From Spongospora subterranea f. sp. subterranea (lineage: Eukaryota), in assembly GCA_049724395.1 (NCBI GenBank), contig JAUGWO010000105.1:62001-102856 (forward strand): a DNA stretch of 40,856 nt, written 5' to 3'. Shown piece after piece: positions 25,146 through 36,990 of the stretch (position 1 is the first letter of the stretch; every line of letters starts with the position of its first letter). The notes beneath the pieces were generated by a model. The model was not told the DNA's origin. It saw only the letters and a list, made by a program, of their open reading frames with translations, and made no database searches. The position numbers were made by a program, and so were the translations under genes.

Positions 25146-26902
25146 TTATATTATTGGTGGCATTAGCGCGCGCAAATCTCGGATAAAACCATCGACTTGC
25201 ACATATCGCATTGTTTCATCGATCGCGACGTTTTTGTGAATTTCGCGCCCTTCCACAGTGACGGCGATATCTTGACGATCATTGTCTATGTCGGAGACCT
25301 TGATATCGACAAAACTGCCGTTGATGCGAACCAAAAAACAGTGATCGGTGGCGTTGGTCTTGACAATATCGACACCGAGGCAGCGCAATATCAATCCCGT
25401 CGTCATGAAATTGTACTGGAATTTATCCTTCTGGATGACAGACGGTAGTTCATCAACATCACATTGTAGAACGTTGGACGGGGACGTCGACGACGATAGC
25501 AGTAGACGTCCGGTTGCGCGATCAACGTCAATCGCCTGGGAGGTGTATTGACGGACGTGGGCCAACAGGCGCGACGATTCGGTGCTCATCGCCAGGTCCA
25601 ACAGAGCGATGAAGCTGACAACCGGAGAGACGTGGCCGGGCAAAGCCTCAAACTCGCCCCGTTTCACGATCAGGTACCTCAGGCAGGGACTGCATAGATT
25701 GATTCTGAGAGCTGCATTGGGCCAAAACCAATAGAGAATCTGGCGCGAGGATGTCATGACAGGAACATCAGGACGTTTGTGGTAAAATTTACCTGAGTAT
25801 CAGTGGCCGATGAATTATTGATCTGTGTGGCGTTCTCTTGCGCTTGCCTCCTTAGTATACTGAACCGTACCGCGGCCACAACTTTGTCGATCCGATTGAT
25901 CAGGTCGTGGAACGACGTCGCCAACGAGTCCGATAACAGCAACCGGCACGATTCATTGTGGAAAATGAAACCCGACTGGCACATGACCGTCAACAAACGG
26001 TGACGAATATGAAGAGAAATCCTCTCCGCTTTACCTGTCTTGGTGAAATGATCCTTGCACCATCATCAGTGACCAATAAAAAATCCAGCTTCAGCAACGT
26101 CCAATGAACTCGCTGTTCTTCAGACTCAACAGAATCCTAAGCAGAAACTAAACCACCCACCGACACCCAAATTGCCGACCAAACACTGACCGGTGACGCT
26201 TTAGGTGCCATTCTCAGCGATAAATTGAGGGTGTATCCCGCATGCGATCGTAATCTCACTTCACCTTGATGACACTCAATGATATGAACATGGTCAGGGG
26301 GGCGGGCTGACATTAAAGCGGTTAATATTCGGCAATGCAGGCGATACTTGCATGGGCCAACATCCTTCTGTAATATTGGTGTGGCCACAGGACCTATAAA
26401 GGAAATTTCAGGAAAGGACAATGTTATCTCGCCATGGAGTTGGCATGGGAATTTACAAAACCTCGACAGGATTTCGGGAGCAGATAATACCCTAATTGTG
26501 ATATGATATGGGATGATGTGTGAATATCCCATACAGGGTAGGCGAGGGCGGGACGGTTCTGGGAGAGATGGGAGGCGGTCTGGACCCAGGACTGATCGTA
26601 GGCGATCAGGCAGGAATGGGTCACCTCCGCCTGTTCAGGGGGTTAACAAACGGATAGCGTTTTGGGAGAAAATAGGGGAATATTACAGCATGACATTGAG
26701 CAGATCGTAATCTGCACCATCTTACGACAACGATTGTTTTTTGTAAAAGGGTCTGGGCCCAGATTAGGAATTTCAACAGGCTACGACGTTTTTCGAGAGA
26801 GTCTTCCTCCATTTCTATACTTTCAAGTACATCGTGAAATCCGGACGATACTGATCTGATACATGTCTGTAGCAGAATCGACAGCAATACATGTTTAGCC
26901 AT
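25146..26902 (-). CDS. MED14: Mediator subunit Med14-like protein (N-terminal Med14 domain), multi-exon
   Basis: DSLEKRRSLLKFL...VVVRW, then after an intron QTASHLSQNRPALAYPVWDIHTS...GYYLLP, HQGEVRL...LSL...W and FSILRRQA follow the Med14 N-terminal pattern (DxExK..L...W...TAD.L...P.aDI.TA..G.Y.RLP...L..QA) as I recall it. Confidence 0.6.
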
Positions 26903-26940
26903 AATCGACTGATTTGAGCAGAGATGTACGGCGTTGCGGC

Positions 26941-27268
26941 GATCAGGGGTGCAACCGGGTTGAGTCGGATAACATGAGTGGTTGGGTCGATAAGGTTGGG
27001 TCGGTCAAAGGGTGATCAGGGGTGCAACCGGGTTGAGTCGGATAACATGAGTGGTTGGGTCGATAAGGGTGGGTCGGTCAAAAGGTGATCAGGGGTGCAA
27101 CCGGGTTGAGTCGGATAACAGGAGTGGTTGGGTCGATTAGGGTGGGTCGGTCAAAGGGTGATCAGGGGTGCAACCGGGTTGAGTCGGATAACAGGAGTGG
27201 TTGGGTCGATAAGGTTGGGTCGGTCAAAAGGTGATCAGGGGTGCAACCGGGTTGAGTCGGATAACAGG
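26941..27268 (+). repeat. 73-bp G-rich tandem repeat, ~4.5 copies, with a degenerate GGGTTG-rich tail to ~27530
   Basis: The unit gatcaggggtgcaaccgggttgagtcggataaca... starts at 26941, 27014, 27087, 27160 and 27233 (exact 73-nt period). Confidence 0.97.
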
Positions 27269-27752
27269 CGTGTTTGGGTTGATCAGAGATGCAGCCGGGT
27301 TGAGTTGACATCAGGTGCGGTTGGGTCGGTCAGAGATGCGGTTCCGTCGGTTAAGGGTGCTCAAGGGTGCAGCCGGGTTGAGTTCGACAATGGTGCGGTT
27401 GAATATGGTTTTGGGATGAAGGTTGTACGTTGAGTGCGTCAAAAGGGTTGAGAAAAATTGGGTTGAGCGAGTATCAAGTGGGTTGATGGCACATCACATG
27501 GGTTGAGTCAAATGGTGTCGCGATGGGGTTACGCCTGGGCCCCACATGTGGCTTGTGTGGTTTAATTATGGGAATGGTTGTTGATTGAGTTGGCCTAATA
27601 TTAAGGCGAGCGGTTAGAAGTTTGCGATTAAGTAGATACGAGGGGTCAATGGTAAATCAGGTAGCTCGAGTCGTGTAAGCTGTCTAACCCGGCGACCGTT
27701 CGTGCCAGCAAGCCGACATATCGATAAGTGGGTTTGGTCTTTCCGTGCCATT

Positions 27753-28040
27753 CGCAGGACATTGCTCAATCGAATGAAAACCTCCACAGAGGTCGGCTTC
27801 GCGAAGGTCGGTAGTGGGAATGGGAGACTGTGGAACGACTGAGCGATGTGTATGAGTAGTGGGTGACCGGAACGATGTCATCTTCGAATAAAAGATCGTT
27901 GTTGCAGATATTATATAACCCAGCGGTTTGAAAGGGCTGCCTGTGCCCTCTGCCAGCATCAGCATGCGTTGCAGGTCGATCGGCAAGCCCAGCCGAAAAT
28001 GGTAAACCAGTGTCGACTGCGTCCAGTCCACATCCTGTGC
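27753..28040 (-). pseudogene. Inverted, diverged copy of the adjacent gypsy gag 3' region
   Basis: Its reverse complement matches 28821-29166; both encode AQDxDWTQSTLVYHFRLGLPID, HRSVVPQSPIPTTD and LREADL...EQCPA. Confidence 0.92.
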
Positions 28041-28046
28041 AACTGG

Positions 28047-31000
28047 AACGGTACCGGTCCGAACTAAGCAATGATTGCCCGGACAACGTCTCAATCTCTC
28101 CCTCCCTCGTACCTGACACCTTCACTGATCGCCTGAACCTCACCGTCACCGCTGAACCTGACTTCCGACTCGCTCTACCATTCCCTTGCTTCTCATATCT
28201 TGCCTGAACCTCATTGCCACCGCCGAAACTTTACCCCTTCCAATCCGTGTAAATTCACACTTGTCCACGAACGCATTATGACCGGCAGGAGCCCAAGCGA
28301 CTACTCGGACAACAACAACAGTTGGATGAGGTTCTTGCTCAACTAGCTCAACATCGGCTGGAGATCACAACTCAGATCAACTAGCTGATGGAAGCGAACG
28401 CACTCCTGTTGGAACAGATTCGAGTCCAACACTTACGACCCACAGCTCTCGACTCCACTATCAACAACCGACCGCTCCTCAATGACCCAAAACTGAAGTT
28501 CCCGGAAAATGTTGACGGTGACCAAGCCGTGTTTCGGCATTGGATGGGTCAAGTGCAACATTTCCTGGCCGCTCAACCCCTCACCTATTCCTCCGATCTG
28601 CAGCGCGTCGCTTTGGTATGTTCAATGCTAACCGGGCAGGCACAAGCCTGGCTCATCCCACTGTATGGGGCGGCCAGTGCCGTCCTCACCGACCTGCCTC
28701 GACTCTGAACGGCGATCAGGCTTTCGACCCGGCGCGAGCAAACAAGGCGGCCGACGCCTTCGCAACCTGACAATGCGCCAACAGCAGTTGTTTGAGTATT
28801 GCAGCCAGTTCCGTTTGTTAGCACAGGATATGGACTGGACGCAGTCGACACTGGTTTACCACTTTCGGCTGGGCTTGCCGATCGACCAGCAACGCGTGCT
28901 GATGTTGGTAGAGGGCACAGGCAACCTTTCACCTCGCTGGATCAGATAATATCTGCAACAACGTCCTCTCACTCGAAGATGGAGTCGTTTCGGCCACCCC
29001 GTACTCATCGCTCAGTCGTTCCACAGTCTCCCATTCCCACTACCGACTCAAACCTTCGCGAAGCCGACCTCATGGCCCACTCTCGGACGAAGAGAAAGAT
29101 CGTCGACGGCGGCTTGGATTGTGCCCTTACTGAGGAAATTCTCATTCGAATGAGCAATGTCCTGCGCCAGCACGAAAATATCAATACAATCCTGCAAATT
29201 CGAATTACGCTCGTTTTCGTCGGCTTGTACTTTTCCGTCCTCCATTCTGTCTCCAGACGGTGTTGCGATCCACAGCAGTACTTATATGTTATTGGATAGT
29301 GGGGCTTGATGGACGCCGCATTCGCTACCAAACACAAAAGACCTACCCAGCATACTCACACGCCTATCACAATCTCTAGTTTCAAACGCCACCAGGCCGT
29401 GATTGGTAAAGAATCGGAAACCATTCGTCTGCAAGTGGATGGTTTTTTTTTGCAACACTTCTTTCCGGATTGTCAACTACTTAACATTCCCCATTCTTCT
29501 GGGCTATTCGAGGTTGGTGAAGCACAATCTAACCGTCAATTGGATATCCCGCTCCCTTCGGTTTCCGTATGTAGTGCATTCATTCGCGACACAGACCGCC
29601 AACACTTCCCAAACAGCCGTCACCCCAGCATCCGTCTCATCCGCTTCTATTCTATTTGATGCATACATCCAATTCTCCGACGTTTTCGACGACAAAAAAG
29701 CAGGCTTGCAGTTCGCCGGTAATGTTTGTCGAAAAGAAGGACAAATCTCTTGGTTTATGTGTTGATTATCGGCAACTCAATTCGATTACTATCAAAATCG
29801 GCACCCCCTTCCCCTTATCAACGCCATTTTGTCTAGTGTTGATTCTGGAAGAGTGTTTTTTAAGATAGACCTTCGAAATGCAAACACCTTGTTCGCCTCA
29901 AAGAAGGCGACGAATGGAAAACAGCATTTCGGACAAAATTCGTCCTGTTTGAGTATCCAGTGATGCCTTTTGGCCTAGCCAACGCGCCAGCTTTTTTCCA
30001 AAGATTCATGAACAATATTCTACACGATTGCATCGATCGCTTCGTCGTTGTTTACATAGACGACATCTTGATTTTTCCCCCAATATCAACGAGCATGTTC
30101 AACTTGTTGAAACGGCTCTCAGGAATCGCAAGCACAACCTTTTTGCTGATCTTCACGTTATTGAGATTGATTTCCTGTGGTTCCGCTTGTCCTCTCGTGG
30201 GTTGCTGATGGACCCAGAGCGTATATCTGCCATCCTGTCGTGGCCAGTTCCTCAGTCAGTCAAGGAACTAGAGTCGTTCCTGGGGTTGGCCAAGGGGTCT
30301 ACCGGGGATTCATCGTCAATTATTCTCAAATCACCAACTCTATGTTTTCCGTAACCAAGAAGGATACTCCCTACAGGTGGACTTCCAGAGTACCGATGCT
30401 GCATTTCAGGACCTGAAGTCGGCTTTGTTGTTTCGGCGCCTGTTTTTAACGACACTTTTGATCCCACTTTAGACATTATTGTTGAACCAGATGCATCTGA
30501 TTATGCCCTTGGCGCTATTTTATCTCAAACCTACCCGGATTGGTTTACATCCTGTTGCGCTTTATTCTCGGAAACTCAAGGAGCTGTTGTCAGTTGTGAC
30601 ATCTTTCAGTCGTGCCGCCATTTCTTGGATGGAGCTATGTCCTTAATACTTGTTTTGAGCGGCCACAAAAATCTGGAATGGTCTATGACAACAAAACTGG
30701 TAAATCGTCGTCAAGCTCGATGGTCCTTATTTTTGTCCCAATTGAATTTCGTCATCCGTCACCGTGCCGGCCCACTTTCCCAGAAGCCACATGCGTTATC
30801 TCGCCGCCCTGATTTGTCTTCGGACTCCTAGCCATCACTACATCAACCCGTGTTTCCCAGCTCACGCTTTGTCAATGCTATGACACTGTCAAGGTGCCAA
30901 ACAAGAAGTGGTTGTTGATATTCCTCGCCGTTTGGCTATTCAATCCTCATGTCACGATTCGCGATTAGCAGGCCATTTTGGTATCAACAAAACTTTGAGT

Positions 31001-32207
31001 TGGTTGCTCAAATTACACCTGGCCTGGCATGCGGAAAATTGTCCAATCATTTGTTCTTCTTGCGATGTTTGTACTCGCTCCAAGGTTCCACGTCGCAAAC
31101 CCGCTGGACTGTTGCTTCCCGTGCCAATTTCCTCACAACCAATGGTCATCCATTTCTATGGATTCCATAGTGGGGTTTTGACAGCATTCTGGTGGCTGTC
31201 GATCGATGTACTAACATGGACCACCATTTTATTCCATGCCACGAAGCGATTACCAGTCTACAGCTGTCCAAACTTGTATTCGCTCAGGTTTTCAAATTTC
31301 ACGGTCTCCCAGTTTGTATCTCACGTTTGGAATGTATTGAATTATTTGCGGATCGATCGCAATTTGTCATCGGTTCGCCATCCCGATTCTGATGGTCAAA
31401 CGGAGCGAGTAAGTCACATTCTTGAGGCGTATCTGCGCTGCTTTATTAACTTCCGCTAGAATGATTGGGTGGACCTATTACCGATGGCAAAATTCGCATA
31501 CGACAACTCCTTCCATTCGGCAACTGGAGTTTCACCATTCAACGCGAATTTCGGGTACCATGGTCGTCACGATTTCTTTAAACCAAATGCTTGGCCGTGT
31601 TCAAATCCCGCCGTTGTTGATATGATTTCCCATCTTCATGATGTTCAAAAGCAACTGCAAATAACATTACGCAAATCGGTGGATACTTTGAAGCTATTTT
31701 CCGATCGGAAACTTCGGCCTACTCTCGTCTACAACGTTGGCGACCAGGTGTGGTTGATTCGCGACACGATTCCTGCTACAGTACTAGACCCTGCGATAAA
31801 TTTGGCGGAGAAAAGGTTAGAGCCGTTCACAATTGTTCGTTAAATTAACCTGGTCGCTTATGAGGTGGACCTTTCCAAGAATTCTAGGTTGCACAGGGTA
31901 TTCCACTCTCTCGCTGTTGGAACTGTATGTTTCAAATGTCCTTCCTGATCGGAAACCGTGTAATCCTCCCCCTTTTGCGTTGGATGATACTCAGCAACCA
32001 TTGTACGAAGTAAAAGACGTCATTGCGTGTCGTTTGTTTTTAGAGGACAAATGCAGTACTTCGTGGATTGGAAGGGCTACGATGTTTCTGACCGAACATG
32101 GAAACCTTCATCGTCGCTACTCTCGTCGACCACCCCAACCCTAAAGAAGGCTATTGCCGAGTTCCATCGCACACACCCTCGTCACCCCCTTTTGAGATGG
32201 AGGATAC
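28047..32207 (+). mobile_element. Ty3/gypsy chromovirus-type LTR retrotransposon internal region, decayed (gag-PR-RT-RH-IN-chromodomain)
   Basis: gag PENVDGD...LTGQAQAW with a broken zinc knuckle (~29120-29165); protease MLLDSGA (29286); [38 protein letters not shown]; RNase H DASDYALGAILSQ; integrase HDSRLAGHFG..CDVC and DGQTER; chromodomain YEVKDVI...YFVDWKGY..TW. Many frameshifts and stops. Confidence 0.95.
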
Positions 32208-32213
32208 TGTCAT
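32194..32213 (+). other. Polypurine tract and probable 3' LTR start (TGTCA at 32208)
   Basis: gagatggaggatac is immediately followed by TGTCATGAA right after the chromodomain; no matching 5' LTR found in the window. Confidence 0.6.
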
Positions 32214-32536
32214 GAACCGTATTGCGACTCTAAACCATGAGACGCGATTACCAGAACCATTTCGGGTGTAAATTTCCCAGCAACTATACGAACTGTGGTG
32301 GCGGGCATCGCTGCAGCGACCCGCGAGTGTGCTACAGATATTGTCCATTCGTGGGCATCCACTCATGAGGCATTGCTGCAACGCTGGTTCCAAGATCGCA
32401 TACAGTTTTGGGATTTCCTCTCTTTGCAAACGTCTCGGATAACTTTGAGTATGACCCGGCGTTCCCGTTTCAGCTGTGTTTCCAACAGCTTCATATACGG
32501 TATGGAATTGGGGTCATCTGATTGCTCCGCATGATA

Positions 32537-33084
32537 CTGGTTAAATATTATGCAATGATGGACCAAGTTCCTTCTGCAGTCTTGGTCAGCATTCGAATAC
32601 CCTTCAGAATCGCCAAGCAGTGGCGACATTTTGTAGTCGTTCAAAGGTATATGCATCGGTGCCCTCCCTGTACAAAGTATTTCCCAGTGATGACCCAGCA
32701 GTCGATCCTGTTGTGATGGTTTATTACGTATTTATTGGATCGGTCGGAAACTTTGCACAAACTCTGGGCATAATGTCTGGGTTTTTAGACCGGTCCAATA
32801 AATCCTCAACAGGATCGACTGCTAGGTCATCGCTGCGAAATGCCTTGTAGAGGGCACTGATGCATATACCTATAAACGACTCCAATATGACGCCACTGCT
32901 TGGCGATTCTGAAGGGTATTCGAATGCTGATCAAGACTGCAAAAGGGACTTGGTCCATCATTGCATAATATATAACCAGACTCGGCAAACAGTTTCAACT
33001 TTATGCAGACATTATGCCCAGAGTTTGTGCAAAGTTTCCGACCGATCCAATAAATAAAAGTCGCAGTAACTTGATAAACCATCA
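32537..33084. repeat. Nested inverted repeats within the putative LTR region
   Basis: 32537-32713 is inverted at 32807-32979 (ORFs 32363-32656 - and 32860-33057 + encode near-identical peptides); 32729-32779 is a perfect 51-nt inverse of 33006-33056. Confidence 0.95.
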
Positions 33085-33269
33085 ACGGTACCGGTCCGAA
33101 CTGGGCAATGCTCAGTTCGGACCACGTCGTATATTTCCAACATCAATCTCTCTTGAATTGGGTCATCAACTCCCTTATATAGTCGCATAAAAAAAAAAGA
33201 GAATTTTCAAACTGAGGACTCGGCTGGTCAATGTCGGCCGGATATGATCGATTCACAGATGATCGTGAT

Positions 33270-33640
33270 TGTGGGCCATTATCATATCGTCAACGTACAT
33301 TCTTTAGCCTCAAAACAGCTTCGCCCTCATACCGATTTCCCCAGATGTTCTTTTTTATCTGCTTTTTCCGCACGAATCCTGCCTGATTTAGGCCATTGAT
33401 GGTCTTGTTTAGCCTCGAAACTTGAGAAGAGCCTGTAATTAATCCTTCTGGCTGATTTAAAACGATGTTCTTCGTTGAGGTAGGGCGCCCACCGGCTCCA
33501 GTTGGCGTAATTTGAGCCGTGAATGTCCGACAACGCTAGCAATGCTCTCACGAATCTTGATGATGTGTCACTGGAGCAAACTTTTCACCGTGATCGACTC
33601 CGAAGCTCGGGAATACTCTTTGGCTACCAACCTTGCTGTG
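33270..33640 (-). pseudogene. Ty1/copia reverse transcriptase remnant
   Basis: Across frameshifts: ARLVAKEYS, FGVDHGEKFAPV, VRALLAL, PYLN, NQPEG, LNKTINGLNQAG and MYVDDMI (YVDD at 33286-33297), in copia RVT_2 order. Confidence 0.85.
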
Positions 33641-33737
33641 GCAAGATTACAGAATGAAAAAACCTCAAAACTTTTCTTACAGGAACATGAATGAACAGAT
33701 TTAATCACACAGTTTCGCTATCTTCTTCCGCTGACTT

Positions 33738-34407
33738 TCAAACAAGGTTGCGTAGTCGAATGGCGGTGATCTTCGTCTGCTCCAAAGCAGCTTTATGTAA
33801 TTCGTCTTTTCTCGACGACAGAAGCCTGTTTCGAATATCGGAAACCATCTCATGTCCTGATTTTCCTGTCGCACAAACTAGATAAATGAACCTATAGAAA
33901 CAAGAAAAACATTCGCCTGCTATTTCTCAACATTCTGCGGCCATGCTTTATCGTACCCGAACTTGCGTTCATATTCAACATTGAGGTTCCTCATATTTTC
34001 TTGGATCTCATTCGGAGCGGTCGACATTCCTGATTGCTCTTTGGACTCAATTTTCTGGTGGGACTTGGTTTGATCACCGATCTTTGGGTGTGTCGCTATT
34101 GAACCCGAGTCGGCTAGCAAATTTGTGATTAGCTTCAATCCCATACCGAATGTCGCCAGCCACTGATCCGATTCCAGACCCATGAACGTTGTCGTCGCCA
34201 TCTCTATCAGCTTATCATCATCGGTTGCCGCTGGTAGGTTGGCCATCATTGCAGACACCCATTGCCGGTTTGGGCAGCCTGAACACCCGTATTCCCATCA
34301 ATCCATGACTGCGGTTTACACGAGCGGGATGTACATGAGAACAAGGTTGACTCCAGGTCTGATCTAATTTTATTCGATAGATATCGGGAAATGCTGTCCG
34401 AGTGCAT
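33738..34407 (-). CDS. uraD: OHCU decarboxylase (urate degradation), 3 exons, 182 aa
   Basis: Exons 34407-34335, 34278-33957 and 33891-33738 (introns 56 and 65 nt, GT-AG) give an open 549-nt frame with CCPNRQWV, HPKIG, SKEQSG, NVEYERKFGFIYLVCATGKS and EQTKITAIRL, the conserved OHCU decarboxylase motifs. Confidence 0.9.
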
Positions 34408-34669
34408 GGCGTTTTGCCTTGTTCACGTGAAGTTGCCAACTCTAATGGTCTGGGTTGGCGACTTGAGTATGTAACAGTAGGTACACAGTGATGGGCCATG
34501 CGTTTCAGCTGTCGACAGCTGGCCTAGTCAGAATCATAATTTTCAGCCGTCGACTTCCGGCCCAACCAGATTTGGTTTTTCAACTGTCGTTGTTATATAC
34601 ATTCAGACTTGCCGGTTATTTTCCTGGTCATATTCCAAGGTGCGGCAAAGGTCAGTTTTTAGACCAATG

Positions 34670-35147
34670 CCGGCTATATGAACTTGACTATATATGGTCA
34701 TAGACCAATCCAGGACCTGCTACGAATCCAGTGTCTGTTGAAACTATTATGTGGATGGCCGTCGAAAAAAACAGCTGTACTGACTTGGCAATCTATAGTT
34801 CAATAATCACTGGGTGTTGATCGACCTGGATGATGTGATGATTTTCCTCTGATCCACTGAGGTCGGCAACATTTCAACACAAACTACAGGAGGTGTTCAT
34901 TGTCACAATGGCTTCTGCTCAGGCAGATTATCAACTGTCCGAGTGCGAACTCAACCTGAAAAGGATCCATTACCTTTTTGAGTATTTTCAATAAATTTAT
35001 GAGCAAATGCATTCCAATATTCTCACGCACGTGACTATAGACATCGGTTTTCGACGGTCATCCGCATAATAGTTGTAATAAACAGTGGATTCGTAGCAGG
35101 TCCTGGATTGGTCTAGGACCATATAGAGTCATGTTTTATATAGCCGG
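34670..35147. repeat. Inverted repeat, ~100-bp arms (34670-34768 / 35048-35147), ~280-bp spacer
   Basis: Perfect 30-nt core tagaccaatccaggacctgctacgaatcca (34701-34730) inverted at 35086-35115; flanks match with substitutions. Confidence 0.93.
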
Positions 35148-35339
35148 AATTGCTCATGAATTTATTAAATTAACTCGAAAAGACAGTGAATCCCAATGAG
35201 GTCGAGTTCAGGGACAGTTCATCCGGCACGATGGACTGATCTGCCTGAGCAGCAGCCACTTTGTGAATAAATAACCCACAGTTTACAGAGCCGTCAATTG
35301 GAAATTTAACGGTTCGAACAACCTGTAGGTAGTACAGCT

Positions 35340-36250
35340 TGGAGCAGCAATATCGACGATGCACAAAGCCAAGGAAGTGTTCATGCAACCTTATTCTGAA
35401 CCGTGCGACCCAAGTTCCAACAGACAAAGGATGCGACAAGCAGCCGTTTCCACGTGGGGGGCAATCCGCAAATGTGGCGCCGTGGAAGCGTCCGCTTTGC
35501 GATGGAATGGGTCGACCGAGTCAAACGGGTTGGGATGTAAGCGCTAACCGGATAGTTTCCGCAAAGGCGATTGTTGGTATCCCCGTACAAACTTGTCCGG
35601 ATTCTCCAATATGAGTAGGCATGACGTCCGTAATTGAAAAATCTGGACAAAATGCTCTCCTATATCCTGCTCTTTCTTCGTGCTGTTGAGGCCCTGACGT
35701 TCTCGGGTCCTCAGTTTGTCCCAGAGCTGACGACGTTGACTCCCAGCGACGTTGCGACTCGATTAGCGGTCACAATTGCGGAAAAAAATTGTCATCATGA
35801 TGTGATTATATCGATCGTGAAAACTCAATCTCAGAGTTCTGTCTGGTTCGCCAGCTTTGTGGGCACATATTTCAAATATGAGTCCGGCGGATTACCTGTT
35901 TCCCAATGCCCATTCCAATGAGGAAGTTGACGCACCTATAAGGCGTCAATTTCCTGGCGCAATACAAACGTGTTTGCAAGCAGGTAACCGGCCGAGATGG
36001 ACCATTTGGCACATTTTCATTCGGAAGACCGGATGGCTGTTTGGAGCGTGGGGATGCCCTTCTGACATCGATTTTAGCAAAGCATCTCGACACAAAAGTC
36101 TGCAAATGGCTTGACGGTACAAAGCCGATGCGCTAACACTTTTGAAGACCGCGAAGAATCAACGGTAAACACTTTTTGGCAACTCATTCACTCAACCCTT
36201 TCAACTCATAAACCTGCCAGGGACGATTACTGGAAGCCATTTGGATTTTC
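35340..36250 (+). pseudogene. Tyrosine recombinase relic, Crypton-like
   Basis: LLFLRAVEAL (catalytic R), LAVTIAEK, DYLFP, HIFIRKTGWLFGAWG (HxxR-like box) and RHKSLQMA*RY (His and catalytic Tyr at ~36118) occur in order but are broken by frameshifts and a stop; no adjacent DIRS-type RT/RNase H seen. Boundaries approximate. Confidence 0.65.
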
Positions 36251-36807
36251 AAAATTCAGGCTTGCATTAAGCATCAATACGGACACATCATCTGAGAGGT
36301 TTCCAGCATTAGGGGGGAAATAAATCGTTTATTGGGTGACTGTTGGATCGTTTTCCGTTCATCACAGATTTAATCTGCAGGATGCCGCTGCTGCAACCCT
36401 GAAGAATGATGCTGCCTGAGATCTGCACCAAGTGATCCAAGATATTCTAGATAAAGCCTAAACGTTGACATGTGGTTTTCATAGGCTAATTTCGCGATTG
36501 CCAGAATTGGACAGCCCCCAGTTGTCTCAGCTATCGCCGGAACCTCATCATACCACAGATGGTGTGACCAGATCACTGTAATTTTAACTGTATATTGAAT
36601 GGCGTTCCCAGAGCCGGAAATTATCAACGACACCGTTGTTACCTGCTCGATCTGCAGGCCATCGGAAAAAATAATGGGGATTTTGATGTCGCAGAAACTT
36701 CGCAATGGGTTAAAAACCTAGCAAAAGCTGGCAAAATTGGAGTTGATGATCCAGATTCAGGTCGCTGTCAATGCAATGCCATCCACGGTCTTGGCGCTAG
36801 AGATGCG

Positions 36808-36990
36808 GAGTCGACTTAATGACTCGACTCGACTCCAAGTTTTGCTGAGTGACTCGGAGTCGACTCCAGCAAAACCTGGGGTCACTCCGAGTCGACTCCG
36901 AGTCATTTTGAGTCGACTTGGAGTCGACTCGGAGTTGAGTCGACTCGGAGTCATTTTTGAGTCGACTCGGAGTCATTCGAGTCGACTCAA
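36808..36990. repeat. hAT subterminal palindromic repeats (GAGTCGACTC / GAGTCACTC), left end
   Basis: Dense cluster of gagtcgactc-type palindromes adjacent to the TIR. Confidence 0.92.

Noticed and set aside
26941..27268. CRISPR array or telomeric repeat
   Set aside because: Units are wholly repeated with no unique spacers, the context is eukaryotic, and there is no run of a short telomere unit.
27128..27433. 101-aa Gly/Val/Arg-rich ORF
   Set aside because: Product of the tandem repeat; no coding evidence.
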